Assembly: GCF_009914755.1 (NCBI RefSeq)
Contig: NC_060934.1
DNA: 64,000 nt
Reading direction: 5' to 3' (one strand)
Origin: the human T2T-CHM13v2.0 reference genome, Homo sapiens
The translations under genes and the position numbers were made by a program. Below, one piece after another: positions 26,047 through 40,848 of this stretch (position 1 is the stretch's first letter; the number at the start of each line of letters is the position of its first letter). The notes beneath the pieces were generated by a model. The model saw only the letters and a program-made list of their open reading frames with translations, did no database searches and was not told the origin of the DNA.

Positions 26047-26404
26047 TGGTGTGGTTTGGCTCTGTCCCCACCCAAATCTCATCTTGAATTCCCACATGTT
26101 GTGGGAGGGACCTGATAGGAGGTAATTGAATCATGGGGGCAGGTATTTCCTGTGCTGTTCTTGTGATAGTGAATAAGTCTCATGAGATCTGATGGTTCTA
26201 AAAAATGGGAGTTTCCCTACACAAGCCCTCTCTTTGCCTGCCGCCATCCATGTAAGATGTGACTTGCTCCTTCTTGCCTTCTGCCATGATTGTGAGGCCT
26301 CCCCAGCCATGTGGAACTGTGAGTTCTCCATGAAACCTCTTTCCTTTGCAAATTGCCCAGTCTCGGGTATGTCTTTATCAGTAGCATGAAAACATACTAA
26401 TACA
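26047..26404 (+). mobile_element. THE1 (B/C-like) solo LTR
   Basis: tggtgtggtttggctctgtccccacccaaatctcatcttgaattccc...catactaataca. Confidence 0.95.
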
Positions 26405-27277
26405 TTGTATATAAAAAATAATAATTTTGACTTTGGAAGAGTTGATAGTTCTTCTGCTAATCATTATCTGGCATGGCCACTGGTCTTCTTTGACCCCTCC
26501 TTGTGTGTGACAGGATCCTGTGTGTCCAGGGAATGCGACTTTTGGTTCAGAAGTCAGGGCTGTTGTGAGGGGTTTCAGCCATTCCTCAAGAGATATGAAG
26601 TCATCAGGGACCGAGTAAAAAAATAAAAAGGGAAAGGGTGGGAGGGCAGTACCTACTAGAAAAGATCTACTTTGTTAAAGGGAAATTCTTGCAAATCCCA
26701 ATGGTCGAGGTAGTGATGAAATAAATGATAAAGCATTGAGTCATGATTACCCAAAGTTGGCATTCTAGACTCTTTTAAAGGGGGTTCAATTCCCTTCTTT
26801 TAACTTGCACACATCCAGGGCTGAGTCTCTGACCTTCTAGGGCTGTTAAAGTGGTGGTGGCAGCGGGTTGAACGTGGAGTGATGGTATGAGCTGGAACTT
26901 CAGTGCGTGAGTCCTTGCTGACTGTCACCCTCTCCTGACGAGGTTTCCAAGAGAAGCACATGCCTGGAGCACATGGCTGGCCAAAACACACTCTTTGATG
27001 GTAAGGGCTTGTCCCAAACCCTGGTGAATTCTCTTTTGTATAGAGGAGACAGCCTGCTGTTAAATGGTTTTCTTTTCCTTTTCCTCCAACTGCACAAGCT
27101 CCTGTGATATCTATGGTGATTCTGTGCAAAGGAAGCAAGAAGGAGAAAAGAGACTCCCTGTAAGGTCTATGCAGCATATGCAGCACACATCTAGCCCTTC
27201 CAATGCAGGTCTTTCTTGGTGGCACACTTTCTACATGGGGGCAGCCCTTGCCTGCCCTGCCTCAACAGAGAGATTGT

Positions 27278-27361
27278 GGGAGGAGGTGGGAGAGGGAGGA
27301 GAGGGACGGGGAGGGAGACGGAGGAGGAGGGGAAGGGGGAAGGAGGCGGGGAGGGGAGAGG
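27278..27361 (+). repeat. polypurine G-rich low-complexity tract
   Basis: 84 bp of almost pure G/A with ten runs of GGG or longer. Confidence 0.9.
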
Positions 27362-27517
27362 TCCTAATATTTTTCTCTTACAACTGGACCCCTACTCTTC
27401 CACATATGCAAGTGGTTTCAGGAGTCCTTATAAATAGTTTCTCCAAAATAGACAAAAGCAAGTGCTGTGCTTTCGTGTTTTGTTTTGCAGACACCTTTTT
27501 CTCAGTGAGTATAGAAT

Positions 27518-27833
27518 AGTTCCCTCTTATCCACAGCTTTACTTAAAGTGGTTTTAGTTACCCATGGTCAACTGCAGTCTAAAAATATTGAAATATTTTA
27601 AGAGAGAGAGAGAGGCCACATTTACCTAACTTTTATTACAATATATTGTTATAGTTCTATTTTATTATTACTGTTTTTAATCCCCTGCTGTGCCTAACTG
27701 ATAAGTTAGACTTTGTCATAGGTATGTATGTATAGGAAAGAACATAGTATGTATAGGGATCAGTACAATCTGCAGGTTCAGGCACCTGCTGGGGGTTTTG
27801 GGACATATTCCCCACAGATGAGGGGGACTGCTG
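27518..27833. mobile_element. MER44A-like TcMar-Tigger MITE
   Basis: Terminal inverted repeats tagttccctcttatccac / cacagatgagggggactgctg, with the typical internal gagagagaggccacat. Confidence 0.85.
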
Positions 27834-28638
27834 TGATACAAAGGGAAGCTTCTGGAGGGGGCAGTTAACAATCACAAATGTGAGGGAGAGGCCGGTGGGC
27901 TGCCGATGGGCTGGGTGGGTATTTTTGATTCCAGCCCCTTCTCTACTGTGTTGAATCTCTTCTCCAGGTGACAGATAAAAGCCCCATCATTCACTTACCC
28001 AGAAGAGCTGGTGTGTGAAGCAATGTTCTTCAATTATAGGTACTTTTCTCCCTCTTCTTAGCTTACTTTATTTTTAAATTCTAGAATAGAAAACAAAAGT
28101 GGTTAGTAGTGCCATCCCTGAGAGGTGGACAAATAGATTGCTCTTCAAAAGACCTATTTTTTGTTTAAAGTAACATTATCACAAAGTACAGGCTTTGTTG
28201 TAAAATATTCTGTCAGTGCTAAGGTTGATAGAGTTCTAGAGTACAGTGTCTTACTCTCTCCACAAATTCCACTCCCTTCCCAGGGGAAAGGACTGGCAAT
28301 GATTGATGATTGTGCTTTCAAACAGTTTCCTGTGCATCCACAGACACTCATATCCATATATGTACACACATACAGAGTTTTTTTAATATTCTATGTAATT
28401 TTTTTGTATTTGTTTTTACTTACAAAAAACTTTTTATTTTGAAGTAATTATAGGTTAACAGGAAGTTGCAAGGATAGTGCTGTGAGGTCCCCTGAACCCT
28501 CCACCCAGTTTCCCCCAATATCAAAACCAGCAATGGACATTGGTACAATGTGTGTGTATTTCTCTGCCATTTGATCACATGTGTAGACTCATGTAGTCAC
28601 CATGGTGATCAAGGTATAGAGTATTGTCCCATCACCAC

Positions 28639-28991
28639 TGCTATGGCCTGGATGTTTTTGCTGTCCCCAAATTCACACATTGGAACCTAATCCCCAATGT
28701 GATAGTATGAAGAAGTAGGGCCTTTGGGAAGTGGAGCCTTTATGAGATGGATTAGTGTCCTCATGAAGAAGAGATCCCAGGGAGCCTGTTTGCCCTTCCA
28801 CCCTGTGAGGACCCAGCGAGAAGGCACCATCTGTGAGGAAAAGGGCCCCCGCTAGACACTGAATCTGTCTGTGCCTTGATCTTGGACTTCCCAGCCTCCT
28901 GAGCTATGAGAAATAAATTTTTTTGTCTGTTTGTTTATAAGCTACCTAACTTACAATATTTTTGTTACAGCAGCCCAAATGGACTAAGATA
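28639..28991 (+). mobile_element. MLT1A0 LTR
   Basis: tgctatggcctggatg...ccttgatcttggacttcccagcctcc...agcagcccaaatggactaaga. Confidence 0.9.
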
Positions 28992-29001
28992 ATTATAATA
29001 A

Positions 29002-29379
<378 letters not shown>

Positions 29380-29944
29380 CCTGTGTTTTTAAACACATGA
29401 ATTGTTACATACTACATCTGTTGATCCACAATTTGCTTTTTTTCCCTAACAATTAGGCCTAGAGAGTTTTCCACATTAGTATTGAGATTGGTCTGGGAAG
29501 GCCTAGCCACTGCAGGTTATTCTATTTGGGTGGTATATAACCTATAACTACTGAGGCAGATATAGGTTAGGTTTTGTCCCCCATGCTTTGGTGATTATCA
29601 ACAACTGCTGCATTGAATATCTTCTTGCGTGGATCTTTGTGCATTTAATCACAAGTATGTGTGAGGATCAAGTCCTATGAGTGAAATTTCTGTGTCAAAG
29701 GGTTTGTGTATTTCTTTGGGGATACTGTCACACTGGCTTCTGAAAAGGCAGCATCAGGGCATACTCTGATCTGTAGTTTTTGAGGGTGGGAAGTCCTGCT
29801 TTCTGGGGTGGTTATTAAAGGCTGGTGGCAATTTTTATTTCATATTTTTATTCTCTCCCTTTGAGTGGAATAGGATCTCAGGCAGTGTATGACTGCGCTG
29901 GGGCAGATTCTTTTTGCAGTAATGTAGGTTTTCTGTAAGTGCAT

Positions 29945-30095
29945 TGGTTTTCTAGGGCTGCTGTAACAAAGAACCACCGACCAGCTCTTAGAACAACAGA
30001 AGTACATTGACTCACAGTTCTGGAGGTCAGAACTCTAAAATCAAGGCCGGGTGTCGTGGCTTATGCTTGTATTTCCAGTACTTTGGGAGCTGGGG
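29945..30095. mobile_element. truncated MLT1 end (-) joined to a 50-bp Alu head (+)
   Basis: tttctagggctgctgtaacaaag...ctcacagttctggagg...aaaatcaa|ggccgggtgtcgtggcttatgc. Confidence 0.75.
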
Positions 30096-30334
30096 AAAAA
30101 CCCAGGGGCATAAACAAATCCCTTGGCTGTTATCTTTGTCTCCTTTCTGCCTGTACAGTTCGAATACAGCTGATGGATTTGAGATTTGCAGAGTGGGAAA
30201 CTACTGAAACGTGATTTTACTTGATGAACAAATGATAGATTTACATCAAAAGAATACTTTAATTTGGATGACATGTTAATCTCTGCACCTGGGTCCATTC
30301 ATTCTCCCCAGTAATCCTTTATTGTCCTTCGACA

Positions 30335-30968
30335 TGTTCCTGAACACCAGGGGTTCTCTCTAGGTCCCTTTGCCCACTGCATAGAAAGCCAATCACTGAG
30401 ACAATGAGTATTGCCAGGGAAGAAGGTTCATTATTTTATGGATGATGTCAGCCAGAGAAATGGAAGCCAAACCACAAATCCATGTTGTCCCTTACTAAGT
30501 TAAGGGTTTATCTAGTTGAGAAGGAAAACAGCAGGGGCAAGGAAGAGGAGGCAATAAACAGGCAGCAGGTAGTTGAATGAGGGGTCTAGCATCTCATTTT
30601 AACGATGTGCATGCTGGAAAATAGGAATTAGGGAGGGGTAAGGAAGAGGAGTTGGTCAACAGGCAGCAGGTGTGTTTCATTGTACAAATGTAAGTTTCTC
30701 AAACTTCAGTTCTGTAGGCATACAGCTTGTTGGAAAATTGGGCTGGTTTCAAACAGAATTTTTCTTCTCTTCTCCCATAACCTGCTTTTCTAGGATGGAA
30801 TATAAGCTTCTGAACCACGTTGAAGGTGGTAATGACTCTATGAGTTTCCCGTGTATACATGTTAAATAAATCTGTATGCCTTTCCTCCAATTAACCCACC
30901 TTTTGTGAGTTGATTTCTCAGTGAACCCTCATAGGGCCAAGAGGAAATCTCTCTCTTGACCTTCACAG
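30335..30968. mobile_element. ERV1-type LTR fragment (30335-30750) fused to a MER39-like LTR 3' end (30755-30968, +)
   Basis: acaccaggggtt...gaaagccaatcactgagacaatgagtattgccagg; then atacatgttaaataaatctgtatgcc...cagtgaacc...cttgaccttcaca. Confidence 0.7.
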
Positions 30969-31475
30969 CCCTCAGGGGCTTCAGCATTTGCTTTAGGATA
31001 TGCACAAAAATGCTTGTGTCTGTCTGATCTTAGAGAATGTTGTGAGGAGGTGGCTCAGCTTTCTGAAAGCCAGTTTGCTGAAAATCTCTTCCTGGGGGGT
31101 GATCAATTAGCCAAACTCCAAATGCCCCCAGAAAACAAAGCATTATTGTATGAAAGTTGGCAATTATTGTTTTTAAAATAACTGTTTTGTTTTGGCACAT
31201 GGTGGCCTGCAAGGGGCTTATCAGAGCTGAGTTTCTGGTGAGATGGTGGGAACTCAGATACTAGTGACAATGTTGCATTTTTCCTTAGCCTTGTGCTCCC
31301 AAAACGCAGAGCTGATTGGGAAATTTCCCACCCTTTTGTGTTCTGAGAAAGGGCTAACTGTAGATGACCACTCTGCTCTTGAATATTCCAACAAATCCCA
31401 AGATGAGAGCCACCTCCGCTCTTCCTTATGACCCCCATGAGAATTGAGGATGACTTCCTTGCCTACTTGCCTCTA

Positions 31476-31790
<315 letters not shown>

Positions 31791-31869
31791 CTACTTGCCT
31801 CTAGAAAACCCCAGGACAACTTCCTTTTCTTTGGGGTGTTCCTCATTAATCAACATCTTCTTTGTAGCT

Positions 31870-32540
31870 GTAGGGGAGGGAAAACTTCCTCTGTACCCTG
31901 TGAAGTTTCCATGGTTGAGTCTGTGCAATAGATTGACAGTAGACAGATTAACAGGAGAAAAACCACTTTAATTATGTGCATACACATGGGAGTCCCACAA
32001 AATGTGAGATTCAAAAAAGGGTCAAATGATTGAAGTTTATAGAGCATCTGAGCTACAAAAGGAAAAGAGGCCTGGGGCTTCTGGGGGTGGTAGTGACACA
32101 AGGTATGGGAAGGTGAGGGGAGGAAATGCACGACCAACAAAGGTCATCTTGTTATGTAGATAAAAAGTCTCTCAGGAAACAAAAATTATCTCTGAACAGC
32201 CCTTAAAAGAATAGGTGATAGCCTGTGATAAAGCCTGTCTAGGCATTCAGTCTCTTCTCTTGTGATACAGTTAATCTTCCCTGGTTTTTGAGATTCTTGG
32301 GGAGGGAGCTTATGATAGTTGTATTCTTTCTGGAAAGTCTATCTTTAGGTGGATAAGGGAACTTCAGAGAGAGATCCTCCCTGTGGGAGAGTGGGGGAAA
32401 GAGGGGAGAGAGACAGAGGGAAGAAGGTCCGAGAGACCTTGTTCTGAGGCTGCTTCTGGGGCGTTCCAATCTCCTATAGCTCAAAGTACTCAGCATGCCA
32501 ACATGCCATACTTTAGGGTATTGCTTTCTGGGCCCCATCA
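31870..32540 (-). mobile_element. ERV1 solo LTR, MER39/MER34-like
   Basis: tgtaggggaggg...agacagattaacaggagaaaa...gccatactttagggtattgctttctgggccccatca. Confidence 0.8.
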
Positions 32541-34317
32541 TAGCAGTAGCTTGAATGAAATCATCCCCTTAATTAATCCAGGTACTCTGTCTCTTACACT
32601 AGACAGGAATCAGCAGGGTCTAGCAGGGGGAGGTCAGATGGGCAGGCAGGGAGTTCAGCCTATACTTCACCAGGGGCACCCACCAGCAGGCTCCATGTGC
32701 AAGAGGAGGTCAGCCAGCAGATAGTGGGCATCCAGACCAGAGGTGGGGCATTAACTAGAAGGACTCTCATCTCTGTTTAGTCTAATAAAACCAGGTTGTG
32801 CTCTGGTTGTAGAAAAACCAAGAGCTGAGCTTTCTAACTGGCAGTACCCACAGCTGTGCATAAGCCAAATATCTGGCTAGAAAGTGATTCTAAATATGTT
32901 GGTTTGAAGTTAGGTGAAGGAGGTACAGCATTGAGAAGATGCACTGAATATAACTTTTAACTTATACCTAGCGATAGGCAGATATAGACTTAACCATGTA
33001 CTAATTGCATTTTTAGTTGGGAGAGAAAAAGTAGAGAGAGATGTTTTTTCCTTCTGTCTAGGACAGAATTCCCTGGGCAATTGAAATGAATTGATTTGGG
33101 CTATTGCAATTGGGATATCATTCATTAATGAGGGAATATCCCAAAGAAAAGGGAGAACATTTGGGATTTGATAAACAAGGGAGTCATTTTGGAAGGATGG
33201 AGATGGGCCTGGAAGAGCAGTGGGGATTTCTCAACTCTTGCTGCTTACAGTGGCTTTTTCTGAGCCCAGGGCCCAGGTAAAGTTTGACATTGCCACTTCC
33301 AATCTATGTCCCTTGAAAAAATGAAATTCTGGTACTTCCAGTTCCATGTGACGGACATCCTTCAGAATAGTGTAAATATTTCAATAGGGCTACTGTAATG
33401 TCTTTTTTAAAAAGTAGAACTATGTTGTTCCACAGAAGCTCAGTTATGGCACTTGTATTATCTGCCAGCAAATGAATCCTCTATCTCCAAATGTGTAGTG
33501 ATTAAACCTTTTCCCCAATACATAATGATTTCTTTATAAAACTAGCTTCATAATTAGCATTTCTTAGAATGAAATGAAAGTAATTATGCTTCAATTCACA
33601 AATCTTTGCTCTGGAATGATTTTAACCAGAGTTCACATTTCTAAATTCCTAGGTGCAACACATTCAAATTCTTTGTAATTAAGAGCGTTTTAATTCTCTT
33701 TGTCTCCTGAGTCACCATCTCTTCAACTTGAACCTCTAGGGCATTCACAAAAAAGTCGAATTAGCCAAAGGTCCTGGATGACAATGACTAACACATCAAT
33801 GACCTGAGAGTCAACTCTGAAAGCTCAAGTCCAGCATCTCTCTCTGATGGGGATTGTTTTAGCTGGGATAATTTACCACTTGGTTCATGCTGTGTTGAAA
33901 ATCACTGTCCTCATATGGCACTGATCAAATAGCTGAATGCCTCGATGCCTCTTGTAAACCCAGTTGAAAGGAGGCCCAGGGCCAGGAGACAAGCTCCACA
34001 AAGAGTTTTAGATCTCATAAATGTCTCTGCTTCATGGTTCTCAGAGCAGCATGTGGGCATTGGAGCAAGCTTGCTGGCTGTTAGGTCCTGAGGCCTCAGC
34101 AATCCTTCAGAACTCCACTCTTGTGACCAAAGAAGATAGTGGGAATGAATAATGCCTGGCATAGGAAAACTCTGGACTTCTCAGGGGAGAGAGCAAGAGT
34201 CCAGAGAATAAAATCCCACTTATATTTAAAACAGAACAAATGTTTAACCAGCACTTTAATGCATTCATCTGCACTGGGTAAGATGCTATAGGAGAGGCGA
34301 AGAAGCCCAAATACTGG

Positions 34318-35290
34318 TATAAGAGAGGAAGAAATAATTTCCCCCCAACCTTCCTCTTACCTGTAACAGACCCTTATAACAAAAAACAGGTTAACAAGAG
34401 AAAAGCAGAAGTTTATTAACATGTATGCCTCATGTATTCATGGGAGATACCAGGGAAAAATGAGTAAATCTCAAAGAGGTGCCTTACAGCTCTGGCCTAT
34501 ACAGCATCTTCAACAAAAACAACACATTTTGGGAGAAGCGACAAGACAGAGAAAGGACCTTGATACACATTTTCCAGGAAATACTACACAGCCATAAGAA
34601 GAATGAAATCATGTCTTTTGCAATAACACGGATGCAGCTGGAAGCTGTTATCCTAAGCAAATCAATACAGGAACAGAAAACTGAACAATGTATGTTCTCA
34701 CTTAGAAGTGGGAGCTAAACATTGGGTACACAGAGACAGAGGGGAGAAATAGACACCAAGGCCTACTTGAGGGTGGAAGGTGGGTGGAGGGTGAGGGTCA
34801 AAAAATGACGTATTGGGTACTACGCCTATTACCTGGTGTCAAAACCATTTATGCGCCAAACTCTAGTGACACACAATTTACCCATGTGACAAATTTGCAC
34901 GTTTACCCTTTGAATCAAAAATAAAAATGGAAATTAAAAAAAAAAAAGAAAGAGGATCTTGAGTCTTTATGAGCTGGAAGTTGTGGGAAGGAAAATAAAT
35001 GAGAAAATGAATGATAGATAAAGGCTGGTTAGTAAAGTTTGTTGGGTAGATTCCTCTGATGTCATCTCCAAGCCGATAAGGGTCTAAAGTTGTCTTTGGT
35101 GATCAACCTTTGTCCTTCCTGGTAGAGAGGGAAGGAGGGACATCTTTATAAATTTATGTCCTGCTTTAAGGCAGAAAATGAGAGGTAAGAGAAGTCTTCC
35201 TTCATCTGTTGATTCTCAGTTGCCTTTGGCTCAAAATAATCCTTATATTAAAGTGGCATATTTTGGGGTGGCATGTTCTGGTCTCCAATA
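34318..35290 (-). mobile_element. ERV1 solo LTR, MER34-like, split by an L1
   Basis: acaggttaacaagagaaaag...aaaataatcctt...aaagtggcatattttggggtggcatgttctggtctcc. Confidence 0.8.
34564..34947 (+). mobile_element. L1PB/L1PA-like 3' end
   Basis: gaatgaaatcatgtcttttgca...gtgggagctaaac...aataaaa and A tail; imperfect TSD agaaaggaccttga/agaaagaggatcttga. Confidence 0.9.
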
Positions 35291-35339
35291 CTGGCCCCAG
35301 CCTTCTTGATGCCATGCTGAAAGTGCTTGTATTAGCTTA

Positions 35340-35505
35340 CTGCTATTTTTGCATAAACACTGTGGAGTGAGTGAGTTTTACCAATTTCATATCCGTATGA
35401 GGAAACTGAGGCTCAGAGAGGTTAGATCACCTGCCCAAGACCATGTACTTAGTAAGGGGCATAACTGGGACTAGAACCTAGGTCCCTCTGATTCTAAATT
35501 CCATG
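35340..35505 (-). mobile_element. MIR
   Basis: atgaggaaactgaggctcagagaggtta...cctgcccaag. Confidence 0.85.
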
Positions 35506-35759
35506 GTAAATGGCCTGTTGACCAGTGTCTATAGTTGGGCTATAGTATCTATAGTTGTATCTATAGTCGGGCTGGGAAGATAAGGTAATATGAAAAAGTA
35601 ACTAATAATTTACTGACTGTATAATAAGTACCAGGAGAGTTTAAAAGTGGGGAGATGGTCTTGACTGGGGGAGGTAGTGATATAAAGCATTCTTCAGGGT
35701 GTATCTGCACTGGGCTTAATAATATGAACAGAGTCAAATGTCCTCTGTGGGGGAAGACA

Positions 35760-35930
35760 GTGATTTTCATATTTAAACCTTCATTAGAATCACCTGAAGT
35801 GCTTATCAAAACACAGACTACTCTGATTTAGTAAGTCTTGGATGAAGACTTAGATTTTGCATTTCTAGTGAATTATCATGTGATGCTGGTGCTGCCTGTC
35901 CAGGGACCACACTTTGAGAATCACTGGTCT
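35760..35930. mobile_element. MER5A hAT MITE
   Basis: cattagaatcacctg...tgcatttcta...gtgatgctg...gggaccacactttgagaatcactg. Confidence 0.85.
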
Positions 35931-36184
35931 AAGCAAAGGAAAAAAAAAAAAAAGGAGAATTACAGGGTATATTTGGAAGCCAGTAATTTGGCTAGTTGGG
36001 TTCCAGAGGAGGGTTTGAGCAAGCCAGTGCATTTATGGAGATGAGGCCAAAAAAGCAGTTTAGAGCAAATACATTCTGTCACTTTTAAAGAAATAGTTTT
36101 ATTATTGAAAAAAAAATCAAGGAACTGTGTTCAACTATAGAGAATTTCAGTCCATATGCCTTATGGGAAAAATGCATTTCTCCC

Positions 36185-36580
36185 TGTCGTAGATTGCATT
36201 ATTAGCCCCTAGGTTTACCCTTCCCTATATCATGCATTCCATCCATGGCTTTGCCCCTTGACTTTGGGTTTAATCTATGTGCGTTGCTTTGGCCAACAAA
36301 ATGAGGCAGAAGTGATGGTGTCAAGTCCAAACCTAAGCTAAGTGACTTTGTGGGTTTCCACCTGACTTCTTGTGCCTGGCCATCAACACAAGGAGACTAT
36401 GCCTCGGTTGGTCCACTGGTCCAGTGAAGATGAGTGACACATGGAGTAGAGCCATCCCTGCTGAGCTTAGACTAGACTAGTCACCCCCTACCTCCAGGTG
36501 CATGAGAAAGAACAACTGATTGTTGTTTTAAACTACTGAGTTTTGTGATGATTTGTTTACTCAGCAATACGTTACTGATA
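36185..36580 (+). mobile_element. MLT1 (G/H-like) LTR
   Basis: ttgctttggccaacaaaatgaggcagaagtga...ttgttttaaactactgagtttt...ctgata. Confidence 0.7.
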
Positions 36581-37439
36581 CCTCTTCTTTAAAACACTTA
36601 CAATGATTTGAATGCATGTATTTTAGGCTGTCTAATCACAACACCAAATTCATTATTCATTTTTCTTTTTATAAAGAATCATAAGTGAAAGTTGCTATGC
36701 TTACAAAGCCATGATAATCTTTTGCAAAATGCCAAGTACATCACCCAGACAGTTGCTTTTTAAGAAGATCTACTGCAGCCTCTTGGTTTTTTTCATATCT
36801 TTCTCTGTGGTTTCCTCAATTTTAGGCTCAGGCAGAGCCCCTTCACTTGGCTGGGACTTATTATTCTTGAAGGATCTAATGAGCAGCCCATTATGCTGTC
36901 AGTTCATTGATTAAGAGTGTCTTCAGCATGAGAGAAGATCATTGTTATGGAAATTTCCCTGCTCTATTTTTCCTAATAAACTGGGTGCAAATGAGAACCT
37001 GAGCTTGAGGAGAGAGAAAACTGAGCTGTTAGAGCAAGCCATAAATCCAGGCCAAAGAGTGGGTTAGCATTTATAAAACATTGCACTTTAATTTTTCATA
37101 AATATTGTCCTGTTGATTTACCACTTAGATCCTTGGCTTGAACCCATTATGGTTCCTATGAGAGAAACTGGGGGGCTCCTTAGGGCTATTGGACAACATG
37201 GTACATTCTAGAAGCTAAAGGAACTTCATGCATTCTCTGTTCTTGTTAACAAGTCTCTACAACCTGACCTTTCATGAGAGTGTAGTGTCACTGGTTAGCC
37301 GCTTTACTACCTATGTGGGCCCCGAATAGCTGAGTGAAGTGGAGCCTTTGGAGCTGTGATCGTCATAGACTGCTCTTTACACCAGTGGCTGTTGTGTCCA
37401 AGTATCCAAACATACAACCAGCTCTTCTGTGGGTTCCTG

Positions 37440-38948
<1,509 letters not shown>

Positions 38949-39499
38949 AGAATTTGTATTTCTGACAAGTTCTCAGGTCACGCTGATTCTGCTGGTCTGC
39001 TGACTTCACTTCAAAAAGCATTGTTCTACCTGCCTTTTCAATGCTTTTCCAAAATTCCTTATCGCTAAGTTCCCTGAACTGTTTTCTTCCCATTCTCCCA
39101 GGTTTTGTCCATCTCTGATGGTGGAAACCCTAATTCCACTGCCACTTTTACTTCCAACAGACTTAGTTGGCCCTCTCTCAGCAAGTGTGTATGGGGCAAG
39201 GGCCTTGACAGAAAGCATTTTTCTTCTCTGTGCAAAGCACATGCCAAATAACTGAAATACAGCAAAATTTATGGTATTTTTCTTGAAAATATAAATGATA
39301 AATTTATGGTATTTCAGGGGATTGAAAACATAAATGAGAAGACATTTGTATAGTGAAAGGTCAACCTTGACCCCAAAAAGTTTGGCCCTCGCCTAGCTCC
39401 TGGGAGGTAACCTCCAAGCCCGTGGAATATCCTGCTTGGGAAGAATGTCTTATTTACCTGGAGGCCTTGAGTCATACCAGATAGTCTGTGCTAACAGTG

Positions 39500-40149
39500 T
39501 GTCTTAGTCTGTTCGGGCTGCTATTATGGGCACGGCACCCAGCTGCGCCCCCTTGCAGCCTGGGGCAGGGGCTCCAGGCCCTCACTGGGCCCCGGCCGGC
39601 ATCGGGGCAGGGGTGATGTTGCCGTGAGCTCCTGCTGTGGTCCCGGCCCTCAGGGGTGGTCTGGAGCTCCCCCTTGCCCATAGCACAACCCAGCCTGGCC
39701 CCATCGTGGCAGCCCCCAGGGTGGTGGGCTTGGGGTGGGAGGGGCTGTTTGCCTCCTCCCTGTGTCTTCCCTGCAGCACCCAGCATGATGGCAGTGGCTG
39801 CACGAGACGGACTGCTGCTGTTATCACTGCTACAACAAAATGTCTTAGACTGGGTAACTTACAAAGAACAGAATTAGTTGCTCACTTTCTAGAGGTTTAA
39901 GATCAAGGCACCAGCAGATCCACTGTCTGGCCAGGACTCTCTGCTTCATAAACAGCACCTTGCTGCTGTGTTCTTCCATGGCAGAAGGGGTGGAAAGGCT
40001 CCCTCAAGCCTCTTTTATGAGGGAACTAATCCCATTCATGAGGGTGGAGAGCTAATCACTTCCTAAAGGCCCTGCCTCTTAATACTATCACGTTGGGGAT
40101 TAAGTTTCAACATATGCATTTTGAGGGAACAAGCCTTCAGACCAAAGCA
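39500..40149 (-). mobile_element. MLT1A/MSTD-like LTR
   Basis: tgtcttagtctgttcgggctgcta...agactgggtaactta...gatcaaggcaccagcagat...ttcagaccaaagca. Confidence 0.85.
39524..39826 (-). mobile_element. GC-rich ERV1 LTR fragment (MER52/LTR27/LTR28-like 5' end)
   Basis: Reverse complement starts tgataacagcagcagtccgtctcgtgcagccactgccatcatgc, like the recalled MER52 5' end. Confidence 0.65.
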
Positions 40150-40848
40150 CAGCATGATTTGTGGTGGTGGCCTTGGGCTACATAGCATGGGTTTGACTTC
40201 TGGAGGGGCTGGAGCCTAAGGCCAGCCACACAGCTAGCCAACCATGTTCGCGACTGAGCCGCGGTAAAATCCTCAGATACCAAGACTCAGCTGAGAGGAG
40301 TAAGCATTGTCTGTGTGACTGTCCTGGGAGAGCACACCTGGAAGCTCATGCCTGGTCTCTGTTGGACTCTACCTCGTGCATTTCTTTCTTTGTTGATTTT
40401 AATCTGTATCCTTTCACTTTGATAAACACTCATGAGTGTAAGGATTTTTTTGAGTTATTTGAGTCCTAGCAAAAAATTAAACCCAAGAGTGGTCTTAGTG
40501 ACCCCCCAGACTGCAACAGTAAACATATGTGGTAATAAATTACCAAAGATACCATGTGCCAAGTGCTAAGAAGAGGAAGTGGTTTCACATGTGCTGTTGA
40601 AGGAAGACAATCTTTGTTGGAGGGACCAGGGGAGGCTCTTGGAGGAGAGAAGACTTGAGTTATTCTTAAAGGATGGGTAAAATTAAAACAGTAAAAAAAA
40701 AAAAAAACCCTAAAATGTTATGTTCCTAAAAAAGTTTTGATAAAAATTATGGAGAAAAAATTGGAAATCATCAATAACCCTAATTCTAAAAACCATGACC
40801 AATTTAATGTTGTTGAAGTTTCTTTTGGTCTTTTTCATATGTGCATAT

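Larger units (their letters stand above)
39347..40515 (+). mobile_element. MER21C-like LTR hosting nested LTRs
   Basis: ctcctgggaggtaacctccaagcc...tatcctgc...tttacctgg; resumes 40150: tttgacttctggaggggctggag...gattttaatctgtatcctttc...gtggtcttagtgacccc. Confidence 0.75.

Noticed and set aside
26298-26310. PRDM9 hotspot motif position in THE1
   Set aside because: Reads CCTCCCCAGCCAT, two mismatches from CCNCCNTNNCCNC.
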